Assembly (NCBI GenBank): GCA_965277405.1
Contig: OZ255726.1
Span: forward strand, 2,110,578 to 2,174,577
Direction of reading: 5' to 3'
DNA from: Gammaproteobacteria bacterium
Lineage (GTDB): Bacteria; Pseudomonadota; Gammaproteobacteria; G965277405
Length of the DNA stretch: 64,000 bases
How positions within the stretch are numbered: position 1 is the first letter of the stretch; every line of letters starts with the position of its first letter. This document shows positions 10,816-19,390 of the stretch, piece after piece. The notes under the pieces are model-generated. The model was not told the DNA's origin. It saw only the letters and a program-made list of their open reading frames with translations, and did no database searches. The position numbers and the translations under genes are program-made.

Positions 10816-10850
10816 AAAAAAGGCAGGGAGATTAGCTCTTCCTGCCTTTT
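10816..10850 (-). terminator. Intrinsic terminator after the methyltransferase gene (potentially bidirectional)
   Basis: AAAAAAGGCAGGGAG-ATTAG-CTCTTCCTGCCTTTT hairpin with A/T tails. Confidence 0.75.
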
Positions 10851-10870
10851 GTATGAAGTGAGTGTTGATA

Positions 10871-11932
10871 TTAGGCCTTATCACCGTATTCGCTTACATG
10901 TTTGGCAATGCGCTCGTTACTACCATAGATAAAGTGGTTATCCATATTCTCGTAATAGCGTATTCCTGCAGGGTTTTTCCCCATTACTTTAGCAACTTCA
11001 CGGATGTGCATGGGCGATGCTCCACAACAGACTCCCAAATATTTAATGTCGTGTTGCCAACAGGTTGAAGCAAAATCCTTAATTTCATAGCGGTTGACGT
11101 ATAGCGGGTCAAGCGCTGTTGGAAATGTACGACCGTGTGGCGCAGGGCAACTGCATCCATGGCTATCAGATAAATTAAAGAACGTGGGTTCTTGCTCTGT
11201 GGTGCGGTATGGTATTGGTAGGGCAGCTACATGGCATTTGAGTTGTTTGCGTACTGCTAATATGTACGGAAGCATCGTGTTTGGACCGCGAAAGCAGTTC
11301 ATGCCAACAACCTTGGCGCCTCGAGCTTCAAGTTCTTTACACGTGTCGATAATATCCCAATCATCACGCATTTTATTCTCACCCATTGGTGCAATGGTGA
11401 GTACAGCTTCGATCCCAGCTTTTTGCATCACATCAAGCGCGCAGAATGCTTCTTCTGCATAGTAAAAGGTTTCGCCAATCGCAAAATCTGCACCTTCTTC
11501 GATTGCCCAGCCGATCATTTCTTCAAACATTGCTCGGACTTGTTGTTGTGCCTTTGTATCTGTTGGGTGCCAAATGTTTGTGTTCGAAATGTTCCCAGCG
11601 AGTAAATTTGGCTCTGCACCTTTTGGCACATCATTGGCAACTTCTCGTGCAATTTGTAAAGCAGCACGGTTGAGTGGTTCAAGCAGGTCTTCTTTGTTAA
11701 TCACTCGCATTTTCTCGCGGTGGCCATTGTAGGTAAACGCCTCTACAACATCTGAACCTGCAAATTGAAAATCTTTGTGTAAATTGCGTAACGCTTCTGG
11801 GTGTTCTAATGCCAGCTCAGGGACAAATTCCCCAGAGGTTAAATATCCTCGGCGCTCCATTTCAAACAAAAACCCTTCGGCACAAACAACACCGTCCTGG
11901 TCGAGCCGAGTTAGTAAATCACGTTTTTCCAT
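10871..11932 (-). CDS. Homocysteine S-methyltransferase family protein, betaine-homocysteine methyltransferase (BHMT)-like
   Basis: GFLFEMERRGY, AGSDVVEAFTY, Zn-ligand cysteines in GMNCF and GVCCG, and RTFPTALDP resembling BHMT. Confidence 0.85.
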   Translation of the reverse strand: MEKRDLLTRLDQDGVVCAEGFLFEMERRGYLTSGEFVPELALEHPEALRNLHKDFQFAGSDVVEAFTYNGHREKMRVINKEDLLEPLNRAALQIAREVANDVPKGAEPNLLAGNISNTNIWHPTDTKAQQQVRAMFEEMIGWAIEEGADFAIGETFYYAEEAFCALDVMQKAGIEAVLTIAPMGENKMRDDWDIIDTCKELEARGAKVVGMNCFRGPNTMLPYILAVRKQLKCHVAALPIPYRTTEQEPTFFNLSDSHGCSCPAPHGRTFPTALDPLYVNRYEIKDFASTCWQHDIKYLGVCCGASPMHIREVAKVMGKNPAGIRYYENMDNHFIYGSNERIAKHVSEYGDKA

Positions 11933-12136
11933 GGTTGTATCTTGATTATCTTACAGTAAAAATTTAGCTCCTGAACACGCAACACCGATGACACCTAAAC
12001 AGCATCTTCTTGCAGCTTCCAAGGCTAAGCAGGGCAAATTGTAACCAAAGGTGTAGAATTGCATACCCCAAGTTGAAAAAATGGCGTACAAATCTTGTCG
12101 TCTAGCTTTGCAGAATACAACTGTTTTACCGCGATA

Positions 12137-13150
12137 TTACTTAAGCCATGATGAGAGTTTCTTTGATGATTGGGGACGGTATTTTTTTATGATTTTCATA
12201 AAATCAGCAATGAGTGCATCTTGCTTTTCACTAGGTAAAGCCAGGTTCATGATAGTGCTGATGTACAAATGCTGCATTGCTGCGGTCAATGGTGATGCTA
12301 ATGCTTGCGGCAGTGCTGCTGCGGAGGTTGTCGCGCGGCGTTGTTGCTTGTGTTGTTGCGCAGCAAGTGTTGCCCCGGCAAATGCAGAAAATACTGAGCC
12401 TGGGATGCTGCGGAGTACTTCGCTGTCTTGCGGATGGAGTCGCTGGATGAAGGTGTTGTTTGCTAGTATTGCGTAGGTTTGTCGAGGAAAATACTCAGCG
12501 CTATAGCTGCTATATTGCTGATTAAACCCGTCCAGTTGTGCTGACGAATAGTCCAAAAATAATGTGTTCATATCAGCAGTACCGAACAGCGTTAATAATT
12601 CTTTGCTTGCCACAAGTGTGCTGGTAAACCCGCTATTTGCCAATCCCAGTGCAACCGATTGATTGCTGGTGATCAGCTGCACGTCTTTTGTTGTGAATAT
12701 TGGTTGTTTGGAATATAGCAACATGGGCTCACCTGCAACCAATGCCAATACTGTGGTGTTGCCATATGCTGTCGTCAGCTTAAAGTAGCGCTGATATATC
12801 GACCACAGTGCATATGAAACACTGGCAGCATCGGCAGCTACGCTAGCAATGAGGGTCATCGTCGTGGTGCGAAAACGTTCTGGATAGTCACTATGGCGGA
12901 TCACCGCTATATCGGCTGCGTCGGCAGCAAATAATTGCCAAATATCATTGATGGTTGGTGGCAACAGCTGATAATCACCAATATATCCTGCGCTGATACG
13001 GTTAATGTTGCCGAAATACTGGGGCATTACAGCAGTGAGCAAGATATGTTGTTGGGGCAGGGTGGATGCAACACGAATGGGTGCTGCCAAACTGAGGCTG
13101 GCAACAGCAAACAGGGTGAATGAGATGAGCGTGTAAGACAGGGTTTTCAT
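12137..13150 (-). CDS. Highly diverged periplasmic protein, weakly resembling TRAP DctP substrate-binding proteins
   Basis: Signal peptide, IRVASTLPQQH, ADIAVI..SDYPERF, LLYSKQPIFTTKDV and AILANNTFIQRL resemble the DctP fold, but only weakly. Confidence 0.5.
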   Translation of the reverse strand: MKTLSYTLISFTLFAVASLSLAAPIRVASTLPQQHILLTAVMPQYFGNINRISAGYIGDYQLLPPTINDIWQLFAADAADIAVIRHSDYPERFRTTTMTLIASVAADAASVSYALWSIYQRYFKLTTAYGNTTVLALVAGEPMLLYSKQPIFTTKDVQLITSNQSVALGLANSGFTSTLVASKELLTLFGTADMNTLFLDYSSAQLDGFNQQYSSYSAEYFPRQTYAILANNTFIQRLHPQDSEVLRSIPGSVFSAFAGATLAAQQHKQQRRATTSAAALPQALASPLTAAMQHLYISTIMNLALPSEKQDALIADFMKIIKKYRPQSSKKLSSWLK

Positions 13151-13376
13151 TTTATTATTTGTTATATTTACTTGTTGTAGTTGCATTTAATTGATGCAGT
13201 TGTGGCTTGTTATAATTCGGTTAATACAAGCCAGTTTACCCGCAAATAACGTGGGATACTGTTATAGCATAGGGTATTTACCGCACTCTGTGTTAAAATT
13301 GACAAAGATGCTGGCATTGTCTAAATCTAAAATAACATTGCCAGCAGCTCTTGGCATGGCTTGGCAAGTGTGTTGA

Positions 13377-13424
13377 GGCAATTTCTGCTTAACTCGCTCC
13401 ATCATGGACTTAATCAGCGCTTGT
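13377..13424. repeat. Mini-element, degenerate full copy abutting the ABC ATPase stop codon
   Basis: GGCAATTTCTGCTTAA-CTCGCT-CCATC-ATGGAC-TTAATCAGCGCTTGT followed by TTAG (13425-13428), which contains the ATPase stop. Confidence 0.75.
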
Positions 13425-14039
13425 TTAGAGCAAAATTGTTCGCTCTGATTGGTCGGCTGCATCGTGGGTTACCACAATGCAGGGAATTTGACGGTGGCGT
13501 ATATGTGCATATACAAAGTTGCGTATTTCTTGGCGCAAGTGACTGTCGAGTGCATTAAATGGTTCGTCTAGTAACGCAACAGTAGGGTTGGACAATAGCA
13601 TGCGCATCAGAGAAATGCGTGACTTTTGACCGCCAGAAAGCTGCTGAGTTGCTCGATTTGCGTAATGGTCAAGCTGGATAGTAGCCAACGCTTCCATAGC
13701 CATAGCCTGCCGTTGTGCGCCGCGTACGGACGCAGGTATTGCAAACAATAGATTGTCTATTACGCTCATGTGCGGAAACAATAAATCGTCTTGAAACAAC
13801 ATGCCAACGTTGCGTTTATACGGTGGTAGTTGTTGTAAATCAGTGCCATTTAAACAAATAGTGCCGGTTGCATGCACTGCTGGGAGCAGCGTTCCGGCAA
13901 TCCACTGGAGTAATGTCGACTTACCGCAGCCGCTTTTTCCCATTAATGTCACAATTTCCCCTGATGCAACTGTTAAAGAAAAACCATCGAAAAGCTGATG
14001 GCTGCCTGCACGAATTGCGACGTCGTTGAGTTGTAACAT
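13425..14039 (-). CDS. ABC transporter ATP-binding protein (YnjD-like)
   Basis: GKSGCGKST Walker A, MLFQDDLLFPH, LSGGQ, LLDEPF and VTHD; ATG 14039 overlaps the permease stop. Confidence 0.9.
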   Translation of the reverse strand: MLQLNDVAIRAGSHQLFDGFSLTVASGEIVTLMGKSGCGKSTLLQWIAGTLLPAVHATGTICLNGTDLQQLPPYKRNVGMLFQDDLLFPHMSVIDNLLFAIPASVRGAQRQAMAMEALATIQLDHYANRATQQLSGGQKSRISLMRMLLSNPTVALLDEPFNALDSHLRQEIRNFVYAHIRHRQIPCIVVTHDAADQSERTILL

Positions 14040-15766
14040 TATTGTTGTTTTGTTTGCATAAGCGGGAAGAAATGGGTACTGCAATACTGTGCGAGTATGC
14101 TTAGGATAAATGGGACGACCGCCAGCCACACAACAAGACCGCCAATAATTCTTCGGTCAAGCGAGCTCCCTTGCGCTACTAACGATGTCATCAAGGTTTG
14201 TATGCGCCCATCACCAATAAAAAATGTCGGTAAGAATAAATGAAAACTCACAGTTACCCCCAGCACAAATGCAAACAGTAATGGTTTGAGTAATAGTGGT
14301 AATGTTACCGAATACCACACAATACATGGATGCTTGCCAAGTAATTGCGCTGTTTGTGCATAGCGGCTGTCAAATTTTTTATATGCTTGCTGCAACAATA
14401 AATACTGAAACGGCATTGTGAAAAAAAAGTGTGACCATATCAGTCCTATATAGCTGCCGCTGGTTTGGGTATGCAGGGTTAATGAATACAGCCCAGGTAC
14501 CAAGATTATCTGTGGCAGGATTAATGGAATATACGCAATGATAGTATGCAGTGGTTTATTGCTGCGTTGTAACTCAAACGTTGCAGTGACCACCACTAGA
14601 CTAAGGAATGCGCTGACGCTGCCAATCAACAATGATTGACTCAATAACTGTAGACATTGCTCATGCAAAAGATATGCATAGCTGTACTGGAGTGGAATAA
14701 TGTTTGGATAGCGCCACTCCCAAACGAACGACCAGACAACCATAATCAACGCAAGAAAGTAGGCTGCTAATATTAGCAATACCAGCAACGATAGCCCGCC
14801 GCGATATATTCCTGTTTCGCCAAAACGGCGTCCTTGACGAATCCAACAATAAAACAAGGAGCGCCAGCATCGTTGCAGCAATAAGAACCCGGCGATTGTC
14901 AGCGCAACCAAGCCAAGCAATAGGATTCCACCAGCAGCGCTCATATGTTCAAATTGTGCGCTGATAAGTGGGTCAAATGATGCATTGGTGGACCATTCCC
15001 AAAGCAGTACCCCAATGAGAGGCTGGCGGTTTTGGGTGCTTAATGTTGCAACTTCTACATTGCTGAGGACAAATATAAAAACAATAAGCAGCGGTAGCTT
15101 GATACGCGTATAGATATCCGGCATCAATAAATACAACATTGATTGCCAGCGGTTATATCCTAAAGAGCTTCCTAGCATCAGCATTTTATGCACTGGTAGG
15201 GTGGTGCAAAAAATACTTGCAAGTACCAGCAAGTATAATGTCTCTTTGCCCACCATCACCAATAAATAGCCAATACCATTTGCAAGCGGCCAAGCTGCAA
15301 TATCAGCATGAATACCAACGCTATGCAATACTCGCGCCAGTAGTCCTTGTGAGCCAAATACAAATCCTAGGCCAAATGTGAGGTGCACATGGGCTATAAT
15401 GAGTATGCCTATTAAACTGATCAAACAAACACGCTGTGTCGCGCTGTTAGTTGTTGCCCAATAACCAAATACACAAGTGACAATACTACAAACAAGTAAC
15501 AAAGAAATGCCAGTTGCAGCAACAGTCAACAACCATGATTGCAATATACTTGCCCACCACGTAGAATTAGTTAAAACGGCATAAAAAGAGTCACTAGACC
15601 ACCGCGAAATAACTATGCCCATTTCGATTTTTTCAATTGACTGAAAAGCAGGAGCAAGGCACAACCACAATGCAAATCCACATGGTAATGTGACAACACA
15701 ATGAAAAATATAATTGTCTTTTTCCCTAAAAAACTGCAAAATTTCTGCAAAAAATTTGCCAATCAT
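14039..15766 (-). CDS. ABC transporter permease with duplicated domain (YnjC/ThiP-like)
   Basis: Two EAA-like loops (MLMLGSSLGY, AQTAQLLG), WSFVWEWRYP and PTFFIGDGRIQT; adjacent to the YnjD-like ATPase. Confidence 0.8.
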   Translation of the reverse strand: MIGKFFAEILQFFREKDNYIFHCVVTLPCGFALWLCLAPAFQSIEKIEMGIVISRWSSDSFYAVLTNSTWWASILQSWLLTVAATGISLLLVCSIVTCVFGYWATTNSATQRVCLISLIGILIIAHVHLTFGLGFVFGSQGLLARVLHSVGIHADIAAWPLANGIGYLLVMVGKETLYLLVLASIFCTTLPVHKMLMLGSSLGYNRWQSMLYLLMPDIYTRIKLPLLIVFIFVLSNVEVATLSTQNRQPLIGVLLWEWSTNASFDPLISAQFEHMSAAGGILLLGLVALTIAGFLLLQRCWRSLFYCWIRQGRRFGETGIYRGGLSLLVLLILAAYFLALIMVVWSFVWEWRYPNIIPLQYSYAYLLHEQCLQLLSQSLLIGSVSAFLSLVVVTATFELQRSNKPLHTIIAYIPLILPQIILVPGLYSLTLHTQTSGSYIGLIWSHFFFTMPFQYLLLQQAYKKFDSRYAQTAQLLGKHPCIVWYSVTLPLLLKPLLFAFVLGVTVSFHLFLPTFFIGDGRIQTLMTSLVAQGSSLDRRIIGGLVVWLAVVPFILSILAQYCSTHFFPLMQTKQQ

Positions 15767-15781
15767 TATTGAGATCTTCCT

Positions 15782-16441
15782 ATGTTATTATTCATTCAAG
15801 CTATCAACCAAAAGTTACTTTCCCTTCTTATCGGGAAAAACACCTTACTGCAAGCGCTTTTCTGCTTTGGATTGTTATTAGCTACGACAAGTATTCAAGC
15901 AGCCGGGGCTGTTGGTATTAGCTTTGGTTTAGGTGATGCAAAGTCTAATACTGATAACAAACGCTTTACTGGTTTTGTGCCGATTACTTTCTATTATGCT
16001 ATAACCTCGACAGATAACTGGCCTCTTGAGTTTGGAATAAGTCAATTTGGTGATATTAGCTTCACAGAAAATGATGTGAAAGAACAAGCAAGCTATGCTG
16101 GGATATATGTTGCGATGCGGCGGTTGTTTCAAATTGATGATGCATATTTCTCATACTTGAAGTTTGGTGCTGGATATTGGAATGGTAGCCTAGAGCGGCT
16201 TAATGTTAAATCAAGCACTGTTAATCCGTCTACCATCAACAAAGTATCAGGGAATGGGTTGTCTCCAATTTTTGGCGCAGGTGTAGATATTGTGTACGCG
16301 GAAGATATTGGGTTGCGCATCGAAGTCGAACACATCCCAAATATTGGAGCAGGGTTGTTTCAAAAAAGTGGCGCGGAAAATTTTACTTCTGACGGATATG
16401 ATTTTACCAGAGTTAATATTGGGGTGATTGTCGCTCTTTAA
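15782..16441 (+). CDS. Outer-membrane beta-barrel protein (OmpA-TM-like)
   Basis: Signal-like N-terminus, YLKFGAGYW, SPIFGAGVD, IGLRIEVE and an alternating C-terminal strand. Confidence 0.7.
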   Translation: MLLFIQAINQKLLSLLIGKNTLLQALFCFGLLLATTSIQAAGAVGISFGLGDAKSNTDNKRFTGFVPITFYYAITSTDNWPLEFGISQFGDISFTENDVKEQASYAGIYVAMRRLFQIDDAYFSYLKFGAGYWNGSLERLNVKSSTVNPSTINKVSGNGLSPIFGAGVDIVYAEDIGLRIEVEHIPNIGAGLFQKSGAENFTSDGYDFTRVNIGVIVAL

Positions 16442-17093
16442 TGCGCATATTGTGATACAACAAGCCACAGTTACCCCAACGACAAATCCGTGGTTATTCG
16501 GCGTAATTGTGTGTACTGCAGTCATTCACTTGGTTGGCATGTTGTTGCCAATCAATACGGCGACACAACTCAACCCACTTGAGTGGTATGGAGCAGCTTG
16601 GCTGCCTGCAATTGTCAATGATCATGAATGGTATCGGTTATTAACAGCTATCTTCCTGCACGCTGATTTTGCTCATTTAGCGTTTAACATGGTGGCGTTG
16701 TTATTATTTGGCTCGACGATAGAAAGGGTGTTTGGGGGCCGATGCTTTGTTGCTATATATCTAGGGTGTGGAGTTGCTGCAAACGGCGCAACGATGGCGT
16801 ATACATATTTTCTCAACCCAAGCAGTACCATGTTTTTGCTTGGTGCATCTGGGGCGATTATGGCGATGCTTGGCTGTACCTTAGCACTCGTATATGCCCA
16901 TCGAAAAAACCCAAATGCAAGGCTGGTGTTGCAGCGTATTGGGATGATTGTTGCCTTGCAAGTTGTTTTCGATATGGTATTCCCACATAACAGTATGGTC
17001 ACTCATATCAGTGGATTTTTGTTTGGCAGTTTGTGTGGATTGGTATTACCACGGTTACTGCATCGGCACAAAACAGCGCATGGCACATTGTAG
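16428..17093 (+). CDS. Rhomboid intramembrane serine protease
   Basis: WYRLLTAIFLH...HLAFNM, GASGA catalytic Ser and HISG catalytic His. Confidence 0.92.
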   Translation: MSLFNAHIVIQQATVTPTTNPWLFGVIVCTAVIHLVGMLLPINTATQLNPLEWYGAAWLPAIVNDHEWYRLLTAIFLHADFAHLAFNMVALLLFGSTIERVFGGRCFVAIYLGCGVAANGATMAYTYFLNPSSTMFLLGASGAIMAMLGCTLALVYAHRKNPNARLVLQRIGMIVALQVVFDMVFPHNSMVTHISGFLFGSLCGLVLPRLLHRHKTAHGTL

Positions 17094-18240
17094 CGTTATA
17101 GGCGCGGGAATAGCAGGAGCACTTACTGCAGGTTTACTGCAACGCCAAGGGATAACTGTTGCAATATATGAACAGCAAACACGCGCGGTGCTTAGCCAAT
17201 ACGATGCCAATTCGTTCTCGCCTCAAGTGATTGCGATAGGAGTAAAAAACTGGCAACGTCTCAAGGACTGGGGAGTGGTTGCTTATCTCGATGAATCACG
17301 CTGCACATCATTTAGCGAGATGCAGGTCTTTGATAATGAATCAGGGGCGACCACAAATATATGTTGTAACCGCTGCGGCGTGCCAATGCTTGCTGTCGTC
17401 TGTGAAACCGCACACATATTGCACGCATTATACCGCTGGTTGGATGACTTGAACGTTGCTATGTGTTTTGAGCACGTAGTCAGTGATATCAGTAACCCAC
17501 AGGAATTTACGGTGACTCATAATGGTGAAAACAAAACAGTGCGCAGCGACTGCACCGTGTTGGCACAAAATAATACTCAATTGTTGCAGTCGGCGGGATT
17601 TCGCTACCAGCCGAACTGTTTTCATCGCGATCAAAGAGCAGTCGTCTGTGTTGTAGACGCTGGCAGCCATGCAGATATTGCCCATCAATGGATGGGCAGC
17701 AATGGCATTCTTGCCTGGCTACCACTGGCTGATGGCAATACCCGTCAGGCAGCAATTGTTTGGTCAATGAATAGCGCACAGGCGCATACAATGCAGCAAT
17801 TAAACGACGCGCAGTTTGCATCACAACTTGGTTATGCGAGTAATAATACGTTTGGATTACCGACAATTATCAGTCCACGTAAACAATTTATTGTGCGTCA
17901 ACAGCACTTGCAGCGATATGTTATTGATAACACTATTGCGATGGGTGATGCGGCGCATCAATTGTTACCACTTGCCGGGCAAGGGGCGAATATCGCAATA
18001 ACAGACGCGGCAATACTCAGCGAGGAATTCGATATAGATTGCATTACTGACAGTTTTACTCGTTGGCAAGCGCTTCGCCATCGCAGCAATACTTTACATC
18101 TTGGGCTGATGCGTGGCATTGACGAAACCTTTCATCAAACACGCTCACGGCTACCACAACAACTACGCACAACAGCGCTACGAGCTTTTGATACTTTGCC
18201 CATCTTCCAATCAGCAGCGCACCACTGGATGAATCAGTAA
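17080..18240 (+). CDS. UbiH/UbiI/UbiF-family FAD-dependent monooxygenase (ubiquinone biosynthesis)
   Basis: VIGAGIAG, AHQW..NGILAWLPL, AIVWS and MGDAAHQLLPLAGQGAN; likely start ATG 17080. Confidence 0.85.
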   Translation: MAHCSVIGAGIAGALTAGLLQRQGITVAIYEQQTRAVLSQYDANSFSPQVIAIGVKNWQRLKDWGVVAYLDESRCTSFSEMQVFDNESGATTNICCNRCGVPMLAVVCETAHILHALYRWLDDLNVAMCFEHVVSDISNPQEFTVTHNGENKTVRSDCTVLAQNNTQLLQSAGFRYQPNCFHRDQRAVVCVVDAGSHADIAHQWMGSNGILAWLPLADGNTRQAAIVWSMNSAQAHTMQQLNDAQFASQLGYASNNTFGLPTIISPRKQFIVRQQHLQRYVIDNTIAMGDAAHQLLPLAGQGANIAITDAAILSEEFDIDCITDSFTRWQALRHRSNTLHLGLMRGIDETFHQTRSRLPQQLRTTALRAFDTLPIFQSAAHHWMNQ

Positions 18241-18333
18241 TCAGTATTGCAAGGCGTATGCTGAAGATAACAAGCGCTCACAGCCTGTTGCGGTCATGGT
18301 CAGGTCCAAATGAATGTATGCTTTTGTTATTTT

Positions 18334-18358
18334 CATCAGCAACTTAATCAGAGCTTCC
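18334..18358. repeat. Mini-element half copy forming the pilW 3' end
   Basis: CATCAGCAAC-TTAATCAGAGCTTCC; on the minus strand it reads GGA AGC TCT GAT TAA (GSSD*). Confidence 0.8.
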
Positions 18359-18913
18359 ATAAGGCAAAATGGCAATAGTGATTGATTCACTGGCGACTGG
18401 TGTATCAACAAACAGTCGGATATGTTGCGGGTTTTGTATTGTTGCCACCCAATGATGTCCGTCAAAACCTTCAGCATTGAATGCTGCTACAAAGTCCACC
18501 AAGTTAGCGCTGGTACCATTGGATCTGCAATTGAATTGTTGTGTAGTCGCATCGACAACCGCAAATGCATTGACAATTAAGGCTTGGTCGTTGAGCATGC
18601 TCCGATTGCCCAAACAATTTGCATCTCCAAGATAGTCACCTAAACGAAAGGTATGGAAAGTCACTAAAGGATAGCTACTACCAACATGCAAATTAGTAAC
18701 GCCTGAGCTGTTGACGCTCTGGCTATATTGCAATATCAACCCAAACACTGCACGGACAGTGGACTGATGAGCAATCAACTCATGGATGCGCTTGGCGGTA
18801 CGGTTGAATTGAATGACCGCCTCTGAGGCAAACACCATAATCAATGCGGCAATACTCAGCGCTATCAACATTTCACATAACGTAAAGCCGTGTTGTGTTT
18901 TCGTAATAGCCAC
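18344..18913 (-). CDS. Type IV minor pilin, PilW-like
   Basis: Prepilin motif QHG/FTLCEMLIALSI; Cys pair in DANCLG and FNCRS; follows a pilV-like gene; GTG start at 18913 is likely. Confidence 0.7.
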   Translation of the reverse strand: MAITKTQHGFTLCEMLIALSIAALIMVFASEAVIQFNRTAKRIHELIAHQSTVRAVFGLILQYSQSVNSSGVTNLHVGSSYPLVTFHTFRLGDYLGDANCLGNRSMLNDQALIVNAFAVVDATTQQFNCRSNGTSANLVDFVAAFNAEGFDGHHWVATIQNPQHIRLFVDTPVASESITIAILPYGSSD

Positions 18914-18914
18914 A

Positions 18915-19283
18915 TTACCAATAGTACATGACAAAGCGGAGTTGCTGCTGTTGGATTTCAACACATGCTGTTGCTTGACACGTGGAAAATCTTTGCAACA
19001 GTAATTTACTGCTATTGCCTTGGCTGCCATCGATGCGCCATTGATTTATTGCCGAGTAGGCATGGATAGCAGCCTGTTGTTGAAATCTTGCTTGTTGTAA
19101 TTGGTTATTGGCGAGATGAAAAAACGCATATGAAACGGCAACATATATAGAAAATATACTCAGCGCAACCAATGCTTCAATGATGGTTGTGCCTTGCTGA
19201 CGCTGTGGATATTGGTGTTGGGTAATCTGCTGGTGTCGCCGTGTTTTTCGCAATTGAGCGTAATGAAGCGCAGCAATAACCAT
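18915..19283 (-). CDS. Type IV minor pilin, PilV-like
   Basis: QQG/TTIIEALVALSIFSI prepilin motif followed by QQARFQQQAA. Confidence 0.7.
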   Translation of the reverse strand: MVIAALHYAQLRKTRRHQQITQHQYPQRQQGTTIIEALVALSIFSIYVAVSYAFFHLANNQLQQARFQQQAAIHAYSAINQWRIDGSQGNSSKLLLQRFSTCQATACVEIQQQQLRFVMYYW

Positions 19284-19390
19284 GCAGAAACTCTGTTTAA
19301 TTTGGATTACCCCAAGCTACCTAAGTGTATCCAAGATTGCCAGTAAACGGCAAGCTGGCTGAGAATTACGGCGAAGTGCTAGCTGAAGTG

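Noticed and set aside
11933-12136. SAM-II/SAM-V riboswitch upstream of the BHMT-like gene
   Set aside because: Only a GCTAAA fragment resembles the motif and the required pseudoknot pairing could not be found by eye. An Infernal/Rfam scan would be needed.
18241-18477. Small ORF after pilW as pilX
   Set aside because: No prepilin motif or hydrophobic helix, and it spans the mini-element.
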